A stretch of 64,000 bases of DNA, taken from positions 15,314,001 through 15,378,000 of the forward strand of contig NC_086108.1 of the NCBI RefSeq assembly GCF_963921235.1. Direction: 5' to 3'. Both the position numbers and the translations under genes were made by a program. The DNA is from Mobula hypostoma (taxonomy: Eukaryota). How positions within the stretch are numbered: the first letter of the stretch is position 1; every line of letters begins with the position of its first letter. Under the pieces are notes generated by a model. The model worked only from the letters and a program-made list of their open reading frames with translations, did not search any database and was not told the origin of the DNA. Positions 1 to 12,459 of the stretch are shown here, piece after piece.

Positions 1-999
1 CTTTCACTGGCCTGTGGGTAGATGAGGTGGGGGGCAGGGGGGAAGACTACTTGGATTTGTGTACCAGTGTGCAGTCGCCCTTGTTCTTCCAGGCTCCAGT
101 GAGGATAGGACAGGCTTCCTTGAAGGATTTTAGTGTGAAACCAGTGATTAAGATGATTCTGCCATATGACCATGACTGATTCCAATTAGTTCCATATACC
201 TGCGGTTTCACTGTTTGTCAAAAATCATATGGCCTCTATTTTCAGGATGAGGTGATGAATTGGGAAGTTAATAGACTGTATTAGGTGGTTTCTGTCTGGC
301 AGAGATGGTGAAAGCATGGGTTATTGTTCATTGTGTAGTTATTGAGTTTTTTCCTCTTAACAGATTCTGGTTTCTGTTCTCAAAAGTATGCTGGGGCTAC
401 TGACTGGCCTTTAACAGGTGGGCACTATGTTCAATCCTCATTCTGCTATTTTAACTGTCCTTTCACTATGATGTATGAATTAGGTCTCCTAGTCATGAGG
501 ACAAGTAATTGACTGATATGATAGGCAGTCCATTTGTTTTAAAATGTCTCCTGTAAGCCTGGTTTTTAAAGTACCTTTTTCTGTCTCAGGTGTCAGAATG
601 CAGCTGCTGTGACTATTGGTGAGTGTCTGGCTTTTTTCCTTCACAATAAGTACCTATGATGAGAGCAGAAAACTTGAATTGTCCATGAAAACTGTCTTGA
701 TATTAGCTCTAACTGATCAGGTTATGAAGATCACTGGATGTGAGTAAGGCATGTTTGTCAGCAGTGACCTGACATTCCTATCTTTTCCAGAACTGGGGTT
801 CATTGGGAGCAGCAGTGGAAGTTGGCTTGGGTCCTCATGATTGGCAGGGTAAGTGCTGATGTTCTTGGGAGATATTTAGTATTTGAGCTTCTGAATTGTG
901 TAGTGTGGTAGTGATTTATCTCACTGGTGTGGTGGATCAGACTATTTAAACTCTGATTTCTGGATTGTTTTGCAGTATTAATTTTTGTTCTCTGTTGTA

Positions 1000-1990
1000 G
1001 GTACAAAATGGAGCCTGCCAGTCGACATCAGCTATTTTTATGCCTTATGTATGAGTATGTCAATTCACCATGTAACACTGGGATAATAAAATAAATACTG
1101 CTCAGTATTTCTCTGCTTATCTAAAGTAGCATTATTTAAATTGTATAATATTTAGTCCCTTATTAAGGGAACCTTCTCCGGTTCCTACTTTTCACAGCCT
1201 GTTGACCTGAATGAACTGCTTTAGCTGGTTGTTACTGGGTTTACGAAGATCTTGTTTGGGCCAACTTAAACAACCACTATTCTACCTTATTCTGCAGATA
1301 TCTCTGCTGTAACTGGATGTAATAATTATGACAAGTGGAAGAGTCGTATTTCCTGCTCTTGTTCTCTTGCTGTTTTACTATGAACTCTGCCTTTTTTGGA
1401 AAAAAAGGGAAATTGACATTGCAGTGGGATTTTAAGAGTTGCAGGGTGATGAGAACCAGAGTCCAGGATGGAGTGTTGTGGGGAAAGATGTTTCAAGTCA
1501 CTGCCACCTTATCGTGTCCACAGACTGTCTATATGTGGCTTAGCCAGAACTGGACACATTTGTGCACCTCATTGTTGAATTTGGTCATTGCAGGAGATGT
1601 TGCATAGTTTATGGCTCAGTTCCACATTCAAAAGTTGTCGGCCTGGTTGTATATCCCCATTCGTTTAGTGACACCTTTGAATGACCTACACCTAACTTGA
1701 CTAAGTCTGTTACAGCACTTCCAGGTTGCTCAGTTGCAATTAGCTCCTAGGGGAAGGTTTTCTTGTGGAATTTCCAATGTTGGGGGTTTGAGACTGGCAA
1801 GCTGGTCTTTCCACTAGGTGATGCAGACTTCAGATGGGGTTGATTGTAATGGAACAACACTCCTCATGAAGCTCTTCTTGACTTGAGGTGGCTGGGTGTA
1901 GGTGTAATGACAATGTAGAGGGTGCCTCTCACTGATGTTTGGAGTTGTTCTTTCTTGCTGACTACCATTCTTACAATTCTATGCAAGTCT
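1000..1990 (-). mobile_element. Highly decayed retroelement remnant, possibly an older Penelope-like RT
   Basis: Faint minus-strand peptide traces in the order expected for a PLE RT (PKIHK/PLRPIV-like near 1900-1950, FNN-like near 1580). No intact frame. Confidence 0.25.
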
Positions 1991-3119
1991 TAACAGTGTT
2001 CCAGGTAAGGTGGATGAGTTTAGAGCATGGATTAGCAAATGGGTTATAAAATTGTATTCATTAGTTGCAGGGGAGAAGAATTGCAGTTCAATGATTGAGT
2101 TCTGTTTTAGACTGTAGTGTGGGAGGGATTAAAAGGAGCATTGATGGCATTACTAGTTGGGGGAAAATGTCATGGTAGTGCTCACAGGATGGCTATATGG
2201 GTGGAAATGAAATACAAAAGGGATGATCATATTAGCAGAGCAAATTTATAGAGAAATCACAACCAGTTGTAAGCAATGCAAGGTTGTTTGTGAATAGCAT
2301 CCAGCTGCTTATTCTAGACTTGAAAATGGGCAGTCATTTTTCTAGCATGTAATGTCGGGGAAAATTAGAGATTAGCTTTGTATGTTTTGATGTAAATGGT
2401 ACAATGAAAAGCATTCTTTGCATCAACAACCAAGGATGACCTGGTGCCAGCAAGCTTAAAATTAATTTGTCTGGAAAGTAGGTGGAGAATGTCCAAACTT
2501 GCAGAACTGAACCTGGGTTGTAGGCACTGAGGCATTGCTGTGATATTACACTACTCAGTTGGTAAATTCTGTATGCTTTGATTCTATGTATAATGCTCCT
2601 TTCATCACCTGTTCCATGGAGAATCAAGTGAAATGCTGCACCAGTGCAAGAGTTTTGGAAATGTTCCTGCATACTTTGAGGTTGTATGCTTTTCGCTCAT
2701 CTCAACAATGAATCTGCTGCAGATGTTGGCCAATAAAATATTAAAAATAAGTAGATGACATGGGGAGTTGCATAGGCTACAATTGAGATACAGGATAAAT
2801 CACTTATTATCAACTGCTAACTGTTAAGGCAAGAAAAACGGGGATCCAAATAATGAAAGGGAAACCAAATATGTAATCAAAATGATAGCAAGATTTCACC
2901 ACTTTGGGGCTCTTGTGATAGATTTGTTTTAAAGTTGCTTATTGATGATTCACATGAGTAAATGTAGAACTTCAACTTAGTCCTTGCATAATTGCTATGT
3001 GAGTTATGATTGTCATATTCAGATTGCTATTCTATTGTCCCCCTCTACACTCCCAGATTAATTTTGTAAATCTGATAGTTTATGGGGTAATTAATTTTCA
3101 GAAATGACCTAGTATTGTA

Positions 3120-3645
3120 AACATGAGGAATTATGCAAAAACATCAAAGTTGCTGGTGAATGCAGCAGACCAGGCAGCATCTCTAGGAAGAGGTAGTTGA
3201 TGTTTTGGGTCAAGACCCTTCGTCGGGACTAACTGAAGGAAGAGTTAGTAAGAGATGCGAAAGGGGGAGATCCAAAATGATAGACAGGAGGGGGAGGGAT
3301 GGAGCCAAGCACTGTAAAGTTGATTGGCAAAAGGGATATGTGAGGATCATGGGACAGGAGGCCCAGGGAGGGAAAAGAAGGGGTAACCCAGAGGCTGGGC
3401 AAGGGGTATAGTGAGAGGGAGAGAAAGAATGTATATAAATCACAGATGGGGTATGGGGGGGAGGTGGGGCATTAGAAGTTAGACAAGTCGATGTTCATGC
3501 CATCAGAATATAAGGTGGTGTTCCTCCAACCTGAGTGTGGCTTCATCTTTACAGTAGAGGAGGCTGTAGATAGACATAACAGAATGGGAGGTGGAATTAA
3601 AATGTGTGGCCATTGGGAGATCCTGCTTTCTCTGGTGGACAGAGC
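3120..3645 (-). mobile_element. Penelope-like element 3' fragment (end of GIY-YIG and tail), decayed
   Basis: Reverse complement of roughly 24660-25280, with deletions; DGMNIDLSNF C-terminus. Confidence 0.85.
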
Positions 3646-4406
3646 TGGTATTGTACCAGTTTCTTGTCTCAAGGTGGTAGCTTGGTTGTTTAGAGTTTAG
3701 ACAGAACAGTTCAATTCCTCTGCCATTTCAGTAATTCAGATCTGAGTAGGGGAAACTTTGTTACTGCTTACAGAAAGTAGGCAGTATAGTCTCTCCCCAA
3801 TTTTTGATATACTGATCACTACATTTCTCTGGTACAAATGATTTGACAATACATTGCAGATACAAATCCCAATTCAGACATGAAACTGCAGATACTGCAC
3901 ACAATGTTTGTCAGCACCTGTGAAGTGGTAAAATACAGTAAGTGGGCCCAAAACGGTGACTGACCTGTGGCGTTAGTTCCTCCAGCATTTTGTGTACTGA
4001 TAAACTACTGAGGCTGTTCAAGCAGATTTTGTAACTACTACCAGAGATGAAGGGGTTAAATTGAGGAAAGTCACCTGGGACTTCTCGCTGGAATTCAGAA
4101 GAATGAGAGTGGATCTTACAGAAACACAAAATTTTAAAAGGGATAGATAAGATGGAAGTAGGAAAGTTGTTTCCATTGGTAGGTGGGACTACGAGGGGAC
4201 ATTACCTCAAGATTTAGGATGGAGATGATGAGAAACTTTTTCCCAGCGTGGTGAATCTGGAATCCTCTGCCCAGGGAAGCAGTTGAGATTTCACTAAATA
4301 TATTTAACCCTTACATACTGTAAAAACACCTTTTTTAAAACTGAAATTTGATGACTTTACCTAAAGTGACCCAAAACGTGCAAAAATGAAAACAATTCAT
4401 ATAGGC

Positions 4407-4632
4407 CAGACAGCATCTCTAGGAAGAGGTACAGTTGACGTTTCAGGCCGAGACCCTTCGTGAGGACTAACTGAAGGAAGAGTTAGTAAGAGGACTAACT
4501 CTTCCTTCAGTTAGTCCTCACGAAGGGTCTCGGCCTGAAACGTCAACTGTACCTCTTCCTAGAGATGCTGCCTGGCCTGCTGCGTTCACCAGCAACTTTG
4601 ATGTGTGTTGCTTGAATTTCCAGCATCTGCAG
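4407..4632. mobile_element. Fold-back mini-element derived from the Penelope-like tail
   Basis: Perfect 77-bp arms 4411-4487 and 4494-4570 with a 6-nt loop; flanking repeat AATTCATATAGGC at 4394-4406 and 4633-4645. Confidence 0.9.
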
Positions 4633-5034
4633 AATTCATATAGGCTATATTAATTACTGCAAAAGGAGGACTTTCCATTAAACGGCATTACATACCAGAC
4701 TGCAGCCAATCAGTATACTCTGCACCACACCTTGTTTCAGATGTCATGTGCTGAATCTCTGCTAACTCCTAAGGAAATAGAAGGGCTATTGGGCTTCTTA
4801 ATTTGCACTTGGGTGCTGGTCTAACCCTCTCCGATGAGGACTGGTTCATTGACTTCAAGTTTCTCCTGAAGACTACAATGTCAGCTGCTTGGTCCTGCTT
4901 ATACTAAGTGAAAGGTTATGACACTGCTCAGCTAAATTTATAATCTCCCTCCATCAGTACCTTTGATACGACCCCAAACTTGAATATAGGTGTAAATCTG
5001 GGGGATAAGCACACAGCTCTGTGATGATGGAGCA

Positions 5035-5640
5035 AGCCAGGCAGCAAGAGGTAGTCGACGTTTCAGGCCAAGACCCTTCGTCAGGATTAATTGAAGGAAG
5101 AGCGAGTAAGAGATTTGAGGGGGGGGGAGATCCAAAATGATGGGAGAAGACAGGAGGGGGAGGGATGGAGCCAAGAGCTAGACAGGCGATTGGCAAAAGG
5201 GATATGAGAGGATCATGGGACGGGAGGCCCAGGGAGAAAGAAAGGGGGGGGGGAACCCAGAGGATGGGCAAGGGGTATAGTCAGAGGGAGAAAAAGGAGT
5301 GTGAGAGAAAGAATGTGTGTATATAAATAACAGATGAGGTACGGGGGGGGGCATTAGCGGAAGTTTGAGAAGTCAATGTTCATTCCATCAGGTTGGAGGC
5401 TACCCAGACGGAATATAAGGTGTTGTTCCTCCAACCTGAGTGTGGCTTCATCTTTACAGTAGAGGAGGCCATGGATAGACATGTCAGAATGGGAATGGGA
5501 TGTGGAATTAAAATGTGTGGCCACTGGGAGATCCTGTTTTCTCTGGTGGACAGAGCGTAGGTGTTCAGCAAAACGATCTCCCAGTCTGCGTCGGGTCTCG
5601 CCAATACATAGAAGGCCACATCGGGAGCACCGGACCGTGC
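5035..5640 (-). mobile_element. Penelope-like element 3' fragment with GIY-YIG endonuclease C-terminal part
   Basis: ORF 5354..5704(-) reads VRCSRCGLLCIGETRRRLGDRFAEH...MNIDFSNFR; the tail carries the hammerhead core. Confidence 0.9.
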
Positions 5641-5882
5641 TCCCGATGTGGGGTGTTGAACAGGTAGGTGCAACACCTTGCACTCCTTTGGTAGAGACGT
5701 ACATCTACCACGCCACTCATTATTGTGTATTAATCGTTTTATATTAACAAAATTAATGAAGGATGTATGATTGATTAGGAAGCGAAAATTTAAGAGTGGA
5801 GAGGGAAAATCCTCTGTGTAATGAAGAAAGTGGATGTGGTGGGAAGAATTCAGGTTGTACTGAGGTGGGGTGTAAAATGACA

Positions 5883-5974
5883 ACACAAAAATGCTGGAGG
5901 AACTCAGCAGGCTAGGCAGCATTTTGTGTGTGTTCGGATTTCCAGCATCAGCAGATTTTCTCTTTTTTTGCGGC
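5883..5974. mobile_element. Minimal (~92 bp) fold-back PLE-tail element
   Basis: ACAAAAATGCTG...CAGCATTTTGTGT hairpin plus family tail; flanked by GTAAAATGACA (5872-5882) and GTAAAAATGACA (5975-5986). Confidence 0.75.
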
Positions 5975-6669
5975 GTAAAAATGACAGGAAGATATGGTAA
6001 GTGGGTATAGGTGAAGTAATGGTTCCCATTCTACCTTATCTAAATCCAACACTGGTAGCACTTGCTGTTCCAGCATATACTCCACCTTGACACTTCACGC
6101 ATTTCACTGTATCTGTTCCCCCCTCCCCACCTTCCTCTTTGTTTGCCTTATCTATCATTCACCTGTTATTGTCTCCCAACTCTACATCCGCTTAGCTCGC
6201 TTACCTGACACTAACTGCCTGTCGTCTTCCATTCCTCACAGTGTGTGCTTTCTCCACACAGTCCTGATGAAGAGTTTCGACCTGAAACATCAGCGTCCCA
6301 ACTATCCTCTCAAAGATGCTGTTCAACCCATTGAGTGCTTACCGCAGATTGCGTTGCTGCAGTCTCTTGTGTGTCTCAGGAATGATTAGCATGATGACAA
6401 ATAATTGGTGGTATTGACAATGAGGGGTGTCGTTTTAGGCAGCTACAGGGTGGTATTAGCAGGCAGGGCAATGGGAAATGGAATATAACCCCAATCTGGT
6501 GATGCATCAAGGGAGGGCGAGTAGGGATAGGGCATGTTGAACGATAAGGCTTTATCGAATATTGGTGTACACATCCGAGGATCATTGAGGGTCAGATATA
6601 GTGAAAAAACATACACTATACTGTACTTCATTAGTTAGGGTGTGGAATAAATGAGTAGGGAGGTTATGA

Positions 6670-7250
6670 TATAACTGACGCGGAAGTATCTCAAAAACAG
6701 TGATCATAACTACATCAACGGAGTTGTGAATACTTCCGCGTGACACATACTATTTGCTGATAGTTAGAGCCTGGCGCGTGCTACCAGGAGTTATTCAGAA
6801 AATAAGCAATCCAAATGTGGTCAATTTGCATTGATCCTCGAGATCAGAGACCAAGGAATGAGCGCTAGCATTGCTCCCCGAACACATACACAACATCGCA
6901 ATTGATGCGCAATACCAGACACAACGAAAGACAATCAGCAGCATCCACCATCAGAGTGGCAGGTACTAGGCATGCGCATAGCGGAAACCGCGCGCAAGCA
7001 GCATTGGGCACGCGCAGCAGGAACGGCCGCCCTTTGGTTGTACTGAGCATGCGCGGACGGAGTCCGGTGCTAGTAGCGACGATGTTGGCGTCGGCCGAGG
7101 CCGGGACGTAGCCGAAGGTAGCGGCAGCGCAGCCAGGAGAGCCCGGTAAGGACTGCCGGTGATCGGCAACACGTCACAACTTGGGATGTTAAAAATGCAA
7201 ACACGAGGCCAACTTGGGATGTGACAGCTCGTCACAACGCCTCCCTCTGA
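6670..7250 (+). promoter_or_regulatory. CpG-island-like promoter of RABGAP1L
   Basis: Strong local CpG/GC enrichment in a CpG-poor background, and not part of a recognisable TE. NRF1-like GCATGCGCA (6970-6978) and GCATGCGC (~7047); ETS/GABP-like CGGAAGT (6681) and its reverse ACTTCCG (6732); followed by a splice donor at 7146. Confidence 0.8.
7040..7145 (+). other. RABGAP1L: Putative non-coding exon 1 (5' UTR) of RABGAP1L; start coordinate approximate
   Basis: CCG|GTAAGG donor (GT at 7146-7147) at the 3' side of the CpG island. The ATG-bearing exon has its own acceptor, so an upstream exon is required. The TSS cannot be fixed from sequence. Confidence 0.65.
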
Positions 7251-7916
7251 CTGACATGGCTGGAGGCCCCAGAAAGTGAGTGGGGATGAGGAGAGATTCC
7301 TTGACCCCGGCTGGATGGGGAGGAAGAAGAGTGGGACTCAGCAGGGTTTCTGGGTCGCATGGCCACTACGATAGAGCGGACTGATGTAGAGAGTGCCGAC
7401 TAGATTGAAGAGAGACTGACAGAGACAGATCCCAAAAAACTCTGCACTAATGGGCCTTCTCTCCCCCCCGACCCCCCCCCTCATCCCTGACAATTATAGA
7501 GAGAGATCCGTGATCTTTGACATGGGAAGCATGAGGGTGAGAATTAGTGTAGCCTGTGACAGTAGTTCCATGTCAAGATGTGTGACTTGGAGAGGAGTCT
7601 GCAGTTTCTGGTGTATACTCGCATCGGCTACTCTTGTCCTCAGACTGAGGTGTAGAGCAGCCTTCAGGTTTAACTGTACTGCACTTTGGATATGTTGACA
7701 CTGCAGCCATTATGTACCAGTGGTGAGATGTTTGGCAAGCTGAGCGATTTCTTTGTCCTCAGTGGTTTCCAACTCGATGAGAATTGTTGCAACCTGTGGC
7801 ATCTAGAGAAATTGAAAGTGCCATGATATTTTTGACCTTTGTCTTGTTGATGGAAAAGTCATCATGAGATATGCAATCTATGGCCTGCTTTTGTTAACAT
7901 GCTATTTATTTGATTG

Positions 7917-8112
7917 AATCACAAATGAGAAATCTGTAGGTGCTGAAAATCCGAGCAACACACACAAAATGCTGGAGGAACTCAGCAGGCCAGGCAGCAT
8001 CTATGGAAAAAAAGTACTGTCGACGTCTCGGACTGAAATGTCGACTGTACTTTTTTCCACATATGCTGCATGGCCAGCTGAGTACCTCCAGCATTTTGTG
8101 TATGTCGCTTGC
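7917..8112. mobile_element. Fold-back PLE-tail mini-element
   Basis: Imperfect hairpin centred near 8030; TSD ATTTATTTGATTG at 7904-7916 and 8113-8125. Confidence 0.88.
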
Positions 8113-8321
8113 ATTTATTTGATTGGTCTAATTGAGTCTCCTAGCAACAAATATCAAAGGGAGGTGGTCTGACTCTTGGAGTTGGTCATTGATTGGTCTT
8201 TTTGTGGGTCAGCTGTAACTTACTTTTCACTTAACACCATTAATGATAAAGGAAGACATTGAGTGCATGGTAAAGCTAGTCAGAAATGTAAAAACATACT
8301 AAAAGTTTTTGTAACAACAAG

Positions 8322-9090
8322 AGTAAGGTGGTTCAGTTTGGTGGGTCAAATATGATGACAGAATATAGTATTAATGGTGAGACTCTTGGCAGTGTGGAGG
8401 ATTAGAGGGATCTTGGGGTCCGAGTCCATAGGACACCTAAAGCTGCTGTGCAGGTTGACTCTGGTTAAGAAAGCATATGGTGCACTGGCCTTCATCAATC
8501 GTGGTATTGAGTTTAGGATCCGAGAGGTAATGTTGCAGCTATATAGGACCCTGGTCAGACTCCACTTGGAGTACTGTGCTCATTTCTGGTCACCTCACTA
8601 TAGGAAAGATGTGGAAACCATAGAAAGGGTGCAGAGGAGATTTACGAGGATGTTGCCTGGATTGGGGAGCATACCTTATGAGAATAGGTTGAGTGAACTT
8701 GGCCTTTTTTCCTTGGAGCAATGGAGGATGAGAGATGACCTGATAGAGGTGTATAAGATGATGAGAGGCATTGATCGTGTGGATAGTCAAGAGGCTTTTT
8801 CCCAGGGCTGAAATGGCTAGCACAAGAGGGCACAGTTAAGTAGGTACAGAGGAGATGTCAGGGGTAAGTTTTTTACGCAGAGAGTGGTGAGTGCGTGGAA
8901 TGAGCTGCCGGCGACGGTGGTGGAGGCGGATACGATAGAATCTTTTAAGAGACTCCTGGATCGGAACATGGAGCTTAGAAAAATAGAGGGCTATGGGTAA
9001 CCCTAGGTAATTTCTAAAATGTGTACATGTCTGGCACAGCATCGTGGGCGGAAGGGCCTGTATTGTGCTGTAGGTTTTCTATGTTTCTAT
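8322..9090 (+). mobile_element. CR1 LINE 3' end
   Basis: LYRTLVRLHLEYCAHFWSPHYRKDVETIERVQRRFTRMLPGL (CR1 ORF2 C-terminus); (TTCTATGT)n-type tail at ~9077-9090. Confidence 0.92.
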
Positions 9091-11304
9091 AACTGTGCAG
9101 GAAGAACTCAGTAGGTTGAACAGCATCTGTGGGAGAAAGGAGCTGTTAACATTTTCGGACGAAACCCTGCATCAAGTTTATGCAATGTTCCTTTCCAACC
9201 AAAGATGCTGCTTGATCCGCTGAGTTCTTCCAGGTGATTCCAGCATCTGCAGTCTCCTTTGGCTCTGAAAGTTTTTTTTTTGCATTTGGGCAAAAGGGAC
9301 ATGGTAGATTTAAATAGTTTGTACCTGTCTTTATAGAGAATACACTGAACATTCCAAAAATGTTTGTTAGTGATTACACAATATTTACTATCATTCAAAA
9401 AATAATGCTTCTCACCTTCTTTCAGTTCCTGTTTTACAGCTAACAAACATTTTCACTTCTGACCTTATAGAAGATAAGTCATTAGTAAAGCAGCTGAAGG
9501 TAGTTGAGCCTCGAACACAGCCATGAGTAATTCTTGCACTGATGCACTGGAGCTGGAATGATTGAATTTAGAACAGTACATACAGCACAGGAACAGGCCC
9601 TTCAGAATGTTGACCAACTAGTAATTAACTGCTTAATTAAATGAATTCTGCCTACACAAGGTTCATGCTGCTCCATTCTCTGCATCTGCACGTGCCTTCT
9701 AAGCGTTTTAAACACCTCTGTTGTATTTGCTCCCTCTCCCGCCCAGGCACTTTCCACACGATGTTGAAAAAGAAACTTGCCTGCGTGCCCCCTTTGAACT
9801 TAACCCATATCACTTAAAAAGCATGCCGTCTGTTATTGGACATTTTAATCCTGAGGAAAATGATACTGGCTTCTACTTTATCTTGCTTGTCATAAGTTGA
9901 TAATATAGGCCTTCTCTCAGCCTATTGTTTCAGAAAGAAAATGCCAACTTTGTCCAACCCCATCTGATAGCACATGCCCTTTGTATGTAAGTGCTGTGAA
10001 GGATCCTGCCATTATCGGTGTACTCTCCATTTATATTTGGTCTCCCAAAGTGCAGCACTTCGCATCTGAAACATAGAAACATAGAAAACCTACAGCACAA
10101 TGCAGGCCCTTCGGCCTACAGAGCTGTGTCGAACTTTAGAAATTATCTAGGGTTACCCATAGCCCTCTATTTTTCTAAGCTTCATGTACCTATCCAAGAG
10201 TCTCTTAAAAGACCGCATTGTATCCGCCTCCACCACCATTGCCGGCAGCCCATTCCACGCACTCACCACTCTCTGCATAAAAAAACTTACCCCTGACATC
10301 TCCTCTGTACCTACTTCCAAGCACCTTAAAACTGTGTCCTCACCTGTTAGCTATTTCAGCCCTGGAAAAAAGCCTCTGGCTATCCACCCAATTAATGCCT
10401 CTTATTATCTTATACACCTCTGTCAGGTCATCTCTCATCCTCCGTTGCTCCAAGGAGCAAAGGCCGAGTTCAGTCAATTTATTCTTATAATGCATTCTCC
10501 CCAATCCAGGTAACATCCTTCTAAATCTCCTTTGCACCCTTTCTATAGTTTCCACATCCTTCCTGTAGTGAGGTGACTGGAACTGAGCACAATACTCCAA
10601 GTGTGGTCTGACAAGGGTCCTATATAGCTGTAACATTACCTCTGGGCTCTTGAACTGAAATCCACAGTTGATGAAGGTCGATATATCATATGCCTTCTTA
10701 AACACACAGTCAACCTATGCAGCCGCTTTGAGTGTCCTGTGGACTCGGACCCCAAGATCCCTTTGATCCTCCACACTGCCAAGAGTCTTACCATTAATAC
10801 TATATTCTGCCATCATATTTGACCTACCAAAATGAACCACCTCATACTTATCTGGGTTGAACTCCATCTGCCACTTCTTAGCACGGTTTTGCATCCTATC
10901 AATGTCCCGCTGTAACCTCTGACAGCCCTCCACACTATCCACAACACACCTAACCTTTGTATCATCAGCAAATTTAATAACCCATCCCTCCACTTCCTCA
11001 TCCAGGTCATTTATAAAAATCACAAAGAGAAGGGGTCCCAGAACAGACCCCTGAGGCACACCTCCACGGACCTCCATGCAAAATATGACCCGTCTACAAC
11101 CACTATTTGCCTTCTGTGGGCAAGCCAATTCTGGATTCACAAAGCAATGTCCCCTTGGATCCCATGCCTCCTTACTTTCTCAATAAGCCCTGCATGGGGT
11201 ACCTTATCAAATGCCTTGCTGAAATCTATATACACTACATCTACTGCTCTTTCTTCATCAATGTGTTTAGTCACATCCTCAAAAAATTCAGTCAGGCTTG
11301 TAAG

Positions 11305-11792
11305 TGGTGGCCAGTGCGATCATGTTTGCTGTTGTGTGCTGGGGCAGCAGGCTGAGGGTAGCAGACACCAACAGAATCAACAAACTCATTCGTAAGGCCA
11401 GTGATGTTGTGGGGATGGAACTGGACTCTCTCACGATGGTGTCTGAAAAGAGGATGCTGTCCAAGTTGCATGCCATCTTGGACAATGTCTCCCATCCACT
11501 ACATAATGTACTGGTTGGGCACAGGAGTACATTCAGCCAGAGACTCATTCCACCGAGATGCAACGCAGAGCGTCATAGGAAGTCATTCCTGCCTGTGGCC
11601 ATCAAACTTTACAGCTCTTCCCTTGGAGGGTCAGATCCCTGAGCCAATAGACTGGTCCTGGACTTATTTCCTGGCATAATTTACATATTACTATTTAATT
11701 ATTTATGGTTTTATTACTATTTAATAATTTATAGTGCAACTGTAATGAAAACCAATTTCCCCCTGGGATCAATAAAGTATGACTATGACTAT
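11305..11792 (+). mobile_element. Rex1/Babar-type LINE 3' fragment nested in CR1
   Basis: VVASAIMFAVVCWG...SHPLH...RKSFLPVAIKLY; AATAAA followed by a (GACTAT)n tail. Confidence 0.8.
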
Positions 11793-12459
11793 CAAAGGCA
11801 TGATCTTCCTTTGACAAAGCCATGCTGACTATTCCTAATCATACTATGCCTAACCAAATGTTCATAAACCCTGCTTCTCAGTATCTTCTCCATCCACTTA
11901 CCAACCACTGAAGTAAGACTCACTGGTCTATAATTTCCTGGGCTATCTCTACCCCCTTTCTTGAATAAGGGAACAACATTTGCAAACCTCCGATCCTCCG
12001 AACTTCTCCCTTCCCCATTGATGATGCAAAGATCATCGCCAGAGGCTCAACAATCTCCTCCCTCGCCTCCCACAGTAGCCTGAGTTATATCTCGTCCGGT
12101 CCCAGTGACTTATCTAACTTGATGCTTTCCAAAAGCTCCAGCACATCCTCTTTCTTAATGTCTACATGCTTAAGCTTTTCAATCCGCTGTAAGTCATCCC
12201 TACAATTGCCAAGATCCTTTTCTGTAGTGAGTATTCATTAAGTACCTCCGCTACCTCCTCCAGTTCAATACACACTTTTCTACTGTCACACTTGATTGGT
12301 CCTATTCTCTCACATCTTATCCTCTTGCTCTTCACGTACTTCTAGAATGCCTTGGGTTTTTTCTTAATCCTGCTCGCCAAGGACTTCTCATAAACCCTTC
12401 TGGCTCCCCTAATTTCATTCTTAAACTCCTTCCTTCTAGCCTTTTAATCTTCTATCTCA

